This document shows, piece after piece, positions 8,924-18,800 of a stretch of 64,000 bases of DNA. The notes under the pieces are model-generated. The model did no database searches. It had not been told where the DNA came from and saw only the letters and a list, made by a program, of their open reading frames with translations. The position numbers and the translations under genes are program-made. How positions within the stretch are numbered: position 1 is the first letter of the stretch; every line of letters starts with the position of its first letter. The stretch is from Ignavibacteria bacterium (lineage in GTDB: Bacteria > Bacteroidota > Ignavibacteria > Kapaibacteriales > Kapaibacteriaceae), in contig CP054181.1 in the NCBI GenBank assembly GCA_015709655.1, positions 2,708,207 to 2,772,206 of the forward strand, in the 5' to 3' direction.

Positions 8924-11317
8924 CTACTCAGACTTCTTTGTAACCGACTTTCTGGATGCAGGCTTTTTTGCGGCCGACTTCCTTGCAGCAGTCTTCTTTA
9001 CCGCACGTTCGGGTTTGGCTGGTGCCGATTCGGACTGTGATTCTGCCAGTGCCAAACACTCGGCAAGAGTAAGCGCTGCAGCATCAGTACCTTTTGGAAT
9101 TCGATAGTTGTCCTTACCAATTTTCAGAAACGGTCCCCAGCGTCCTTTTAGAATCTGCACATCAGGATTTTCATTAAATATTTTGATTAGACGTTCGGCA
9201 ACTGCTTTTTTCTTTGCCTCGATGAGTTCGATTGATCGTTCGATTGACACTGTTCCGGGATCTTCGCCTGATGGAATGGAGGCAAACATGCCGTTGTGTT
9301 CGATATACGGACCAAACCGTCCGATTTTCACGACTACGGGTTGTCCTTCGTAGTCACCAACAACGCGTGGAAAGCGGAACAACGCCAGAGCCTCTTCAAG
9401 AGTAACTGTTTCCATGCTCATTGCTGGAGCAAGGCCCTTTTGTTTTTTATCCGGATCATCAGAGTCGCCGATCTGTGCAATGGGTCCGTAGCGTGCCAGC
9501 CGGATTGTGACCGGTTTCCCGGTTTTGGGATCGGTACCCAGGTGACGTTCACCGCTCTGGCGTTCTGCCGTTGCCGACGTTTTGTCGAGAGTCTCTTTAA
9601 ACGGACCATAGAACGCCGAAATCATGGACTGCCACTGCAGCTTACCGTGAGCAATCTCGTCGAACTGCTTCTCTACGCTGGCGGTAAAATTATAGTCCAT
9701 AATTCCTTCAAAGTGAAGGAGAAGAAAATCAGTCACGATTGAGCCGATGCCGGTTGGAAAGAGTTTATTTCGTTCTTGCCCGGTATTCTCTGTTTTCACA
9801 ATACGCTGGATCTCGGAAGGGGCTATGGTCTCTGTATTAAGATTCAGCACTAATTCGCGAACCTCGCGTTGCTTGCCGTCGCGATCTTCTTTTACCACGT
9901 AATTCCGTGACTGTATCGTACCAATTGTTGGTGCATACGTGGATGGACGTCCGATACCAAGTTCTTCAAGTTTTTTAACAAGTGACGCCTCGGTGTATCG
10001 GGCTGGGGGGCGGGCGAACCGTTCCTGAGCCCGCACTGCCTGTGCATCCAGTTTCTCATCAACGGCAAGGGGTGGCAGCATCTTGGCATCTTCCTGGTCA
10101 TTCTCCTCGTCGGAACTTTCCATATACAAGTGCAGAAAACCATCAAATGCCAGCATTTCGCCCGTTGCCGTGAGTGTTTCCGGTGTTGTGCTGATACCAA
10201 TGGTTGCAACGGTTTTTTCCAAACGGGCATCTGCCATTTGTGAAGCAAGGGTACGCTTCCAGATCAGGTCGTACAGTTTTTTATGTGCTTCACTGGTTCC
10301 GGCACTTTTCTTTGACACATCGGTTGGCCGAATAGCTTCGTGAGCTTCCTGTGCGCTGGCCACGGTGGTGGTGTACCGGCGGGTTTGAACGTATTCGGCG
10401 CCAAAGGATGACCCAATGTACTCTGATGCGGCGCTAATGGCAACATCGGACAAATTCACTGAATCGGTTCGCATATAGGTAATGTGTCCGGCCTCGTACA
10501 AATCCTGAGCCAGCTTCATGGTACGTGCCAATGAATAGCCCAGTTTGCGTGAAGCTTCTTGTTGGAGTGTTGACGTGGTAAACGGCGCAGAGGGTGACTT
10601 CTTACCGGGTTTTATTTCCAGATTTTGCACATGGAACAAAGCCCCCTTACACTTCTCAAGGAAGGTACGGGCTTCGGTTTCGGTATCAAACCTTCGTGGA
10701 AGTTCGGCAGTAAATGACCTGCCGTTTTTCTGAAACTCGGCTTGAATTCTAAACTGAGAGGTTACCGTGAAGGCCTGAATTTCTCGTTCCCGTTCAACAA
10801 CCAGGCGGACGGCAACGCTTTGCACTCTGCCGGCCGAAAGGTTGCGCTGTACCTTGCGCCACAGCACCGGCGAAAGTCCAAAGCCAACCAGTCTGTCCAG
10901 AATTCTGCGTGCCTGTTGAGCATCAACCAGAGCTATGTCAACGCTACGGGGTTTTTCGACTGCCGCCTGAATTGCTTTCTTGGTGATCTCGTGGAACACA
11001 ATGCGCCGTACTTTTTGTGGTGGCAGTTCCAGCGCCTCCATCAGGTGCCATGCAATAGCCTCACCCTCGCGGTCTTCGTCAGTTGCCAGCCATATTGTTT
11101 CTGCCTTGGCGGCCTGCTTTTTCAGATCTGCGACGATTTTCTTTTTATCTGCCGTGACCTCGTATGTGGGAGTAAATCCATGTTCGATATCAATCGCCTT
11201 GTCGTTACCCGGCAGATCGCGGATATGTCCCATTGATGATGTGACAACAAAGTTGTCACCTAAGAACTTTTGAATTGTTTTGGCCTTACTCGGCGATTCT
11301 ACGATAACTAGATTCAT
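8924..11317 (-). CDS. topA: DNA topoisomerase I with C-terminal lysine-rich (histone-like) tail
   Basis: N-terminal MNLVIVESPSKAKTIQKFLG Toprim start, catalytic region, multiple C-terminal Zn-ribbon-like repeats, tail AKPERAVKKTAARKSAAKKPASRKSVTKKSE. Confidence 0.9.
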   Translation of the reverse strand: MNLVIVESPSKAKTIQKFLGDNFVVTSSMGHIRDLPGNDKAIDIEHGFTPTYEVTADKKKIVADLKKQAAKAETIWLATDEDREGEAIAWHLMEALELPPQKVRRIVFHEITKKAIQAAVEKPRSVDIALVDAQQARRILDRLVGFGLSPVLWRKVQRNLSAGRVQSVAVRLVVEREREIQAFTVTSQFRIQAEFQKNGRSFTAELPRRFDTETEARTFLEKCKGALFHVQNLEIKPGKKSPSAPFTTSTLQQEASRKLGYSLARTMKLAQDLYEAGHITYMRTDSVNLSDVAISAASEYIGSSFGAEYVQTRRYTTTVASAQEAHEAIRPTDVSKKSAGTSEAHKKLYDLIWKRTLASQMADARLEKTVATIGISTTPETLTATGEMLAFDGFLHLYMESSDEENDQEDAKMLPPLAVDEKLDAQAVRAQERFARPPARYTEASLVKKLEELGIGRPSTYAPTIGTIQSRNYVVKEDRDGKQREVRELVLNLNTETIAPSEIQRIVKTENTGQERNKLFPTGIGSIVTDFLLLHFEGIMDYNFTASVEKQFDEIAHGKLQWQSMISAFYGPFKETLDKTSATAERQSGERHLGTDPKTGKPVTIRLARYGPIAQIGDSDDPDKKQKGLAPAMSMETVTLEEALALFRFPRVVGDYEGQPVVVKIGRFGPYIEHNGMFASIPSGEDPGTVSIERSIELIEAKKKAVAERLIKIFNENPDVQILKGRWGPFLKIGKDNYRIPKGTDAAALTLAECLALAESQSESAPAKPERAVKKTAARKSAAKKPASRKSVTKKSE

Positions 11318-11778
11318 GATATGTTGAATTCACAAGTTGACGGATTATGGCATACAGCGAAAATTTGCAGCGAATGTGATACCGGGACGAAACCAAGCGA
11401 CTCTGCCACTGAATTTCGGATGGCATCAATAGCTTCGTTGCGGAACTCAACAACTCTGCCGCACTCGGTACAGATAAGGTGGTCGTGGTTTGGCATTCGT
11501 GACGAAAGCTCAAAGTGAGCGCTTTCGCCCTGAAATCTGTGTTTGGTTAAAATGCCGCACTGCGTAAGCAAGTCCAGAGTAGAATACACCGTAGCGCGGG
11601 ATACCCGTTCACCACGGTTATTGATTTCAAAATAAAGCTCATCGGCCGAGAAATGTCGGTCCAATTCGGCAATTGTTTCCAAAATCCTGTACCGCTCCTG
11701 AGTAGCCCGGTACTTCTTTCGGCGGAGGAATTCTGCAAACTGATTTTGCAGCTGTTCGAGTTTTACGTTTGCTGACAT
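11314..11778 (-). CDS. fur: Fur-family metal-responsive transcriptional regulator
   Basis: HxHLxCxxCG motif (HDHLICTECGRVVEF), Fur-like DNA-binding N-terminus; stop overlaps topA start by 4 nt (ATGA); probable ATG start at 11778 (track uses TTG at 11787). Confidence 0.8.
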   Translation of the reverse strand: MSANVKLEQLQNQFAEFLRRKKYRATQERYRILETIAELDRHFSADELYFEINNRGERVSRATVYSTLDLLTQCGILTKHRFQGESAHFELSSRMPNHDHLICTECGRVVEFRNEAIDAIRNSVAESLGFVPVSHSLQIFAVCHNPSTCEFNIS

Positions 11779-11784
11779 AGACAG

Positions 11785-11792
11785 CAAATATA
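11785..11792 (-). promoter_or_regulatory. candidate -7 box TAtaTTTG for fur (minus strand), 6 nt upstream of start
   Basis: Reverse complement of caaatata; TAnnTTTG consensus. Confidence 0.3.
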
Positions 11793-11799
11793 GTCTTCG

Positions 11800-11807
11800 T
11801 ATTTTTG
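11800..11807 (+). promoter_or_regulatory. candidate -7 box TAttTTTG for speA
   Basis: TAnnTTTG match 37 nt upstream of speA ATG, back-to-back with the fur box in a 66-bp divergent intergenic region. Confidence 0.3.
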
Positions 11808-11844
11808 GTCGTCATTTCTGAACCACAAATCATACTCCTAATAC

Positions 11845-13737
11845 ATGCGTAAATGGCGGGCCGAGGATTCCTCGGAACTCTATAATGTTCACGGCTGGGG
11901 CGTGAGCTACTTTGGCGTGAACGAAGCCGGTAATGTTACTGTTCAGCCACGAAAGAATAAAGGACCGGAAATTGACCTGAAGCAGGTTATCGATGAGGTG
12001 GTGGCACGTGACGTGTCGCTCCCGGTTCTGCTTCGGTTTCCGGATATTTTGGATGACCGGATAGAGAAAATCGCGTTATGCTTTGATAAAGCCGGGGCAG
12101 ACTACGGGTATAATGGCCAGTATTATTCTGTGTACCCCATCAAGGTGAACCAGCAGCGTCCCGTGGTTGAAGAGCTGGTGCGGTACGGAGAGCGGGTTAA
12201 CATTGGTCTGGAAGCCGGCTCAAAGCCCGAGTTGCACGCCGTCCTTGCAATCATGGGAAACCCGGATGCACTGATTATTTGTAACGGGTACAAGGACGAA
12301 GATTATATTGAACTGGCGCTGCTGGCCCAGAAGATGGGAAAGCAGATTTATGTTGTTGTTGAGAAGCTCAACGAACTACGATTAATTAATACGATCAGTA
12401 AGCGGCTTGGTGTTCGGCCCAATATTGGCATTCGCATCAAACTTGCTGCATCGGGCAGCGGTAAATGGGAAGAAAGTGGTGGCGACAACAGCAAGTTCGG
12501 TTTGAACCCTGCCGAGCTTCTCGAAGCCGTGGATTATGCCCGTAACGAGAATCTTCTGGACTGTCTGCGGCTGATACACTTCCATCTGGGCTCGCAGATC
12601 ACCAATATCCGAAGAATCAAGAGCGGTTTGCGTGAGGTCAGCGAGTACTACGTGGAACTGATGAAGCAGGGCTGCAATATCGAATTTGTTGATATTGGAG
12701 GGGGCTTGGGCGTTGACTATGACGGCTCGAGAAGTTCCTATGCATCCAGCATTAACTACAGCATCCAGGAATACGCCAATGATGCTGTTGCAACAATTGT
12801 GGATGCTGCAACCAGGAACTCACTGCCACATCCAAACCTCATCACCGAAAGCGGCAGGGCACTCACTGCCCACCATTCAGTGCTTGTGTTCAACGTTCTT
12901 GAAACCGCTAAGGTCCCAGAGTGGGGAGAAACTGACACCGCCGATGATACCGATCACGAGCTGGTTCGTGAGATGCATGGTATTCTTCAGAATATCAGTC
13001 CACGGGCAATGTTCGAATCGTGGCACGATGCTCAGCAGGTACGCGAAGAAGCGTTGGACAGGTTCTCGCTCGGGCTGGTGGATCTTGCAGCACGCGCCAA
13101 GGTCGAAAAACTATACTGGTCAGTTGCACGGGCTGTGTACGACCTTTCGAAAGAGCTGAAAAACCCGCCGGAAGAACTCAAGCCCCTTCAAAGACTCCTG
13201 GCAGAAAAATATTTCTGCAACTTCAGTCTGTTCCAGTCTCTGCCTGATAGCTGGGCAATCGATCAACTGTTTCCAATCATGCCAATACACAGGCTGTGTG
13301 AAAAACCAACTCGGATGGCAACGCTGCAGGATATTACATGCGACAGTGACGGGAAGGTTGACAGGTTTATCGGGGGACGCGATTACCGGCAAACGTTGCC
13401 GCTACATCCGATGAACTCAGAGCCATACTACCTTGCCGTTTTCCTGGTTGGTGCATATCAGGAAATTCTTGGCGATCTGCACAATTTGTTTGGTGATACG
13501 AATGCTGTACATATTGTGATTAAGAACAACACCTACCATATTGAAAATATTATTGACGGGGAGACGGTGGCCGATGTACTGGACTATGTACAGTTCGATG
13601 CAAAACGGCTGGTGCGGACAATGGAAACCTGGGTTAATTCATCGGTACAGGACGGGAGGATAAGTAATCACGAAGGGAGAGAATTCCTCAATATTTATCG
13701 CTCCGGTCTTTATGGCTATACCTACCTTGAAGAGTAA
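11845..13737 (+). CDS. speA: biosynthetic arginine decarboxylase
   Basis: 630 aa; PLP-dependent Orn/Arg/DAP decarboxylase fold with SpeA-specific N-terminus MRKWRAEDSSELYNVHGWG... and C-terminal region. Confidence 0.9.
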   Translation: MRKWRAEDSSELYNVHGWGVSYFGVNEAGNVTVQPRKNKGPEIDLKQVIDEVVARDVSLPVLLRFPDILDDRIEKIALCFDKAGADYGYNGQYYSVYPIKVNQQRPVVEELVRYGERVNIGLEAGSKPELHAVLAIMGNPDALIICNGYKDEDYIELALLAQKMGKQIYVVVEKLNELRLINTISKRLGVRPNIGIRIKLAASGSGKWEESGGDNSKFGLNPAELLEAVDYARNENLLDCLRLIHFHLGSQITNIRRIKSGLREVSEYYVELMKQGCNIEFVDIGGGLGVDYDGSRSSYASSINYSIQEYANDAVATIVDAATRNSLPHPNLITESGRALTAHHSVLVFNVLETAKVPEWGETDTADDTDHELVREMHGILQNISPRAMFESWHDAQQVREEALDRFSLGLVDLAARAKVEKLYWSVARAVYDLSKELKNPPEELKPLQRLLAEKYFCNFSLFQSLPDSWAIDQLFPIMPIHRLCEKPTRMATLQDITCDSDGKVDRFIGGRDYRQTLPLHPMNSEPYYLAVFLVGAYQEILGDLHNLFGDTNAVHIVIKNNTYHIENIIDGETVADVLDYVQFDAKRLVRTMETWVNSSVQDGRISNHEGREFLNIYRSGLYGYTYLEE

Positions 13738-15868
13738 TTATCGTTACGAACCGGTCCTGTTAAAGAACATTGTTCGTACAATACTGATTGCAGCAGCCAT
13801 GACAGGTGCAATACCTGTCTGCGCCGCCGATATGCCTGTTGTGTATCGTGATGATTTTAGTACCGCGACACAGGTTTGGCCAGTCGGGAATTGGGGCGAC
13901 AGGATTGCAGGAATTTCTGATGGAATGTATCATCTGCGGAAGCTGAGCCCGGGAGGTCTGTGGTTTATTCCTGCCCCACAGATTTTTCTCGATATCAACG
14001 CCGATTACGACATTGAACTGCGTCTGCGCTTTAACTCGGGGCAGAAGGATAAGATCATCGGTATTGGCTACATGGCTGCTGATGTGAACTACGTGAATGT
14101 TGTTGGATATACGGCTGACGGCAGCCTGGGTGCTTTTCGAATAAGCTCCGGGAGATACGAAGATGTTGTTACTCCCGTACCATCAGCTTCAGTAAAGCAG
14201 AACAATGAGTGGAATACGATTACGGTTCGGCGGAGGGGATCGGCAATTGCAATCGTCATCAATGACGATATCACGACGTATACCGAAGAGCCACGATTAT
14301 TCGGACGTGCTTTCGGTATCGTGGTTACGGGAAGCATTGCTGTTGAAGCTGATTACATTGAAGTCAGACAAACACAGCAACCAATACGCCTTGCTGCCGA
14401 TTATCCAAAGGATGTGGTTCGCGAAAACCTTGGGCCGAATGTGAATACCTACAGCGGTGATCTTTCACCGGTCATCACCGCTGATGGACGACAACTGTAC
14501 ATCGGACGCTACCCTTATGAAGGGAATATCGGCCACCCGTCAACCGAAGATATCTACGTAAGTGACCTGCAACCCGACGGATTGTGGGGAAGGATGAGAA
14601 ATATCGGCCGCCCGCTCAATAACGAAGGGAGCAATTTCCTTATCTCGATTACACCCGATGGGAATACGGCACTGGTGGGGAATACGTACAGGCCTGACGG
14701 CCGCCCGCTTTCCGGAGGTGTTAGTATTTCGTACCGAACAGAAGGGGGATGGACGGTGCCAAGGGAAGTTATTATCCGAAATTACTATAACAGAAACAGA
14801 TTCGCTGAGTATTCACTCTCACCAAGCGGGCAGCAACTGATCATGGCAATTCAGCGTGATGACTCGAAGGGTGATAAGGATATGTATGTGTCGCACCTAT
14901 TGTCGGACGGCACGTTTTCGGCTCCCCAGCATATCCAAACGCTCAGCACCTGGGGCAACGAAATGAGTCCGTTTGTTGCTGCCGACGGCGTAACGATGTA
15001 CTATGCTACTGACGGTCTTAAAGGCTACGGTTCGATGGATATCTGGGTCACACGCCGGTTGGACGATACATGGCTGAACTGGACGGAACCCGAAAACATG
15101 GGACCAAGCGTAAACAGTGATAAGTGGGATGGTTACTTCACCGTTCCTGCAAAAGGTGATTATGCTTATCTAAGTGCAGCCAACAACACCGATGGCAGCG
15201 CCGACATCTATCGTATCCGGTTAACCAAGGGAGTGCGTCCACAACCTGTTTTCCTGGTGCGCGGTCATGTACTGGATGCCGTCACCAGGAAGCCGATTGC
15301 CGCCCGTGTTGCATACGAAAGCCTTACACACCGCATGGCTGTTGGAACAGCACGTTCTGCCTTGCCGGAGGGAAGTTACAGTATTGCCCTTCCGTCGGGC
15401 GATCTGTACGGCTTCAGGGCTGAAGCCGAGGGATACTATCCGGTTAGTGACCAGCTAGATGCCCGTAAGCTTGAAGAGTATACCGAACTTGAGCGTGATC
15501 TGCTCCTGGTTCCGCTCAGAGTTAACGAGACAATAAAGTTATCCAATATCTTTTTTGATTTTGGCAAGAGCACTTTGCGAGATGAATCACTACCCGAACT
15601 TGAACGACTCCTTGCATTGCTGCGCTCGCGCCCCTCGCTTGTGATTGAACTGCAGGGACATACCGATAACGTTGGATCGGATGACGCAAACAAGGCGTTG
15701 TCGAAAGATCGCGTGGAAGCCGTCAGAACGTATCTGGTCAATAACGGAATTGATGAAAAGCGCCTGATGGCTGTTGGCTACGGTAAATCTAAGCCGGTGG
15801 CCTCCAACGATACCGAGGAGGGCCGGCAGCAAAACCGTCGCGTTGAATTTAAAATCGTGAAGATGTGA
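13712..15868 (+). CDS. outer-membrane protein: TolB-like WD40/PD40 beta-propeller repeats + C-terminal OmpA peptidoglycan-binding domain
   Basis: Signal peptide; several PD40-like repeats (SPDG/TPDG..Y motifs); C-terminal NIFFDFGKSTL...ELQGHTDNVGSDDANKALSKDRVEAVRTYL...NRRVEFKIV is canonical OmpA_C; start overlaps speA by 26 nt. Confidence 0.75.
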   Translation: MAIPTLKSNYRYEPVLLKNIVRTILIAAAMTGAIPVCAADMPVVYRDDFSTATQVWPVGNWGDRIAGISDGMYHLRKLSPGGLWFIPAPQIFLDINADYDIELRLRFNSGQKDKIIGIGYMAADVNYVNVVGYTADGSLGAFRISSGRYEDVVTPVPSASVKQNNEWNTITVRRRGSAIAIVINDDITTYTEEPRLFGRAFGIVVTGSIAVEADYIEVRQTQQPIRLAADYPKDVVRENLGPNVNTYSGDLSPVITADGRQLYIGRYPYEGNIGHPSTEDIYVSDLQPDGLWGRMRNIGRPLNNEGSNFLISITPDGNTALVGNTYRPDGRPLSGGVSISYRTEGGWTVPREVIIRNYYNRNRFAEYSLSPSGQQLIMAIQRDDSKGDKDMYVSHLLSDGTFSAPQHIQTLSTWGNEMSPFVAADGVTMYYATDGLKGYGSMDIWVTRRLDDTWLNWTEPENMGPSVNSDKWDGYFTVPAKGDYAYLSAANNTDGSADIYRIRLTKGVRPQPVFLVRGHVLDAVTRKPIAARVAYESLTHRMAVGTARSALPEGSYSIALPSGDLYGFRAEAEGYYPVSDQLDARKLEEYTELERDLLLVPLRVNETIKLSNIFFDFGKSTLRDESLPELERLLALLRSRPSLVIELQGHTDNVGSDDANKALSKDRVEAVRTYLVNNGIDEKRLMAVGYGKSKPVASNDTEEGRQQNRRVEFKIVKM

Positions 15869-18800
15869 TGGGTGTTCGTGCCGTTGGCATCGCTGTTGTT
15901 CTTCTCAGCCTTCCGGCTCTACTGCTGGCATGGGAGCGTGAGGGGCTGCTTACAAACGCTCGTCATCACACCAGTCGGTGGTATCAAGCTATCCTTGGCA
16001 ATCATGCCAACGTGGATAGCGTGATGCTGTGGATGCGACTGGACTCGTCTGCCTATACCGAGCCGCCAAGTATCGAAGTTTATAATGCCAGGGAATGGAT
16101 CCGAAAACACTACTTGTTTTCGGATGCTACAGGCAAGGTTGACAGCCGGAGGTATTTTCCGCCAAGGGCTGCAAAAACTGCTGCCGTGGTACGGACGCAG
16201 GCCAATGCCACGTGGCACTGCCTGGGACCATTTACTTGGGATAAGGATGCCAAGAAAGCCACCGGCTCTGAAGGTATCGGAGTGGTACGGAGTATTGCTG
16301 TTAACCCAAATGCTCCCACAACGTTTCTGGCGGGAACCATTAGTGCCGGTGTGTGGCGCTCTGCCGATGCAGGTTTAACCTGGACTCCGGTGACTGATGG
16401 AATCATGGCGCAGGAAGTTCATAAAGTTGCATTCTCTGCAACTGAACCATCGGTTGCCTACGCAGCACTCGATGTTGGCCTGGCCCGATCTGTTGACGGT
16501 GGAGCAACCTGGCAGCTGACGTCGCTAGACTCGCGCGCCGATTATCCGGCACTTTCACACGTTGAGTGCATAGCCGTCTCGGCAGCAAATCCACACGTCG
16601 TTCTTGTTGCCGTCAATAAACGGCTGCAGCTCAGCAGGGATGCCGGTGCAACATGGCAGGTAATTCCGGGATCGGATGGTACCTACTGGGATCTTGAAGC
16701 CAATCCTGCTAAAGGCGAAGAGTTCTACGCCATTCGGAAGGACGGCAACGTTAGCACATTTTGGATTGTTGATGAGAAGGGGCTTTCAACCGGTACTGGT
16801 TTACCCAAGCCCGGACAGCTTGATGTAACGCCACGAGCCCTAATTGCTACGTCGGCCGCCGCGCCAAATTCGGTATGGGTGCTGTTTGCAGGTAAAAAGG
16901 ACAGCGTGGGCGGTATATGGGGGCTGTATAAAAGTGATGACCAAGGGAGAACATTCGGTCGAAGGTGCTGCGGGCCGGATGAACCATCGATGCCAACACC
17001 ATTGCAACCTAACCTTATTGACTATAATCCAATGGGTCTTGGTCTTGCTCAGGTTACCTGGGATATGGCCTTTGCTGTTTCTTCCACCGATACCAGCTTT
17101 ATCGTGGCAGGAGGGATTTTTGCCTATGTAAGCAGTAACGGCGGACAAACATGGAAGGCTACTGCACCAATACATTATGATGTTCAGGATGCCGTAATTG
17201 TAGGCGACACTCTTTGGGTATCCACCGACGGTGGAATTCAACGAAGCAATGACCGCGGAACCACACTGGAAGACAGAAGTGCCGGCATCTGCGCAGTCGA
17301 GGTATGGGGCTTTGGACAGGCACCGGGAACGGGCGTCATGGCAATTGGTGCCTACCATTTACCCATCTTTGTCCGTGACGATGCGGTTTACGACAGCAGG
17401 GGGTTCTCGGCTGGATGGTATCCGTGGTCGGGTGCAGATGCAATGATGGCTGATGTTCACCCCGATAATACCCAATGGCTGTACGCAAAGCCGTGGACGA
17501 GTGTTCGTGGCTATCGCCATCGTTCTCGTTTTAAAACACCAATAGTTCGGAACCTTGGAATCGAGCTGGGTTACCTTCCGTTCAGCAATGTTGCGTTTCA
17601 TCCGGTTGAAAGCTACACCATTGTTGCGATTGATCACAATATCCCGGGTGTTGTTAGAACTACCGACAATGCAGAAACTTGGACTACATTAAAAAAGTTC
17701 AGTATATCAGGTGTTCATGTGCGTATTGCTGGTAGCCGGCCTGCAACCATGGCTGCTATTGGTGACGGGAAGCTCTGGCACTCTACAGATGTCGGTGCTA
17801 CCTGGTCCGATATTACGCCTTCAGCTCTGCAAACCCTTGAAAAGCGCATTGTGGATGTTGCCTTTGATAATGAACATCCCGACACATTGTGGATTGTGTT
17901 CGGAGGTGGTCAGCAGGATGTTAAGGTCATGCGGACTACCGATGCAGGTGCCTCTTGGCAGGACATAAGTAAGGGGCTTTACAATCTTCCCGTGTATTGC
18001 ATAAACGTTCAGTCAGCCACAGGAACTGTTTTTGTCGGGACGGCTAATGGTGTTTATTCAATGCCCCCGCAAGATGACGCTGCAGGCCAGTGGCAACCGT
18101 ATGGAAGCGGTCTCCCAACCTGTCATGTTCACTACGTGCATCCTGATGAAATTGACGGTATGCTGCGGATTGGAACCACTCGCGGCATCTGGGAAGCTGC
18201 ATTACCTAAGCCTGACACCGTTATTGCCCGCTTTGGGTATGATGCCGACACCGTTCGATGTCAGTATGTTCCGGTGCGCTTTAATGACCGCAGCCCTGTC
18301 CCATCTACTGTTGACTCATGGCGACGCTGGCATTTTGAAGGCGGAGATCCGGCCGAGAGCTCTGAGAGGTCACCACAGGTGTTCTACAACACACCCGGCA
18401 CGTATCAGGTGACTCTCGAGGTTGGTAACAGTGCAGGTACAGACACCTGCCTGGTCAGACGCGCCGTTGTTGTATTAGGTGGTGAATGTGATGTTGTTGA
18501 TTCCAAACCGGGATCGTGCGTTGACTTAACGTCGGCCGGAGATTTCATAGACCTTGGCAGCTTTAATGAATCAGTAAATGAGTTTACATTCACCGCCTGG
18601 GTGAAACCCGTCGGATTCCAAGCTATACACAGCGCCATTCTCTGTTCGGATGTCGTGGGTGACGTACGCGGCGAACTTGGTGTGCAATTTGTGACAGACA
18701 GTAATGAGCTTGGGATTTTGTGGAAGGATGCAGACTGGTCATGGAAGAGTGGTTTACGGCTTATTCCGGACCAGTGGAATCATGTTGCGTTCAGTATTAG

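Noticed and set aside
9108-11273. Multiple plus-strand ORFs (81-164 aa) opposite topA
   Set aside because: They are antisense to a highly conserved topA reading frame.
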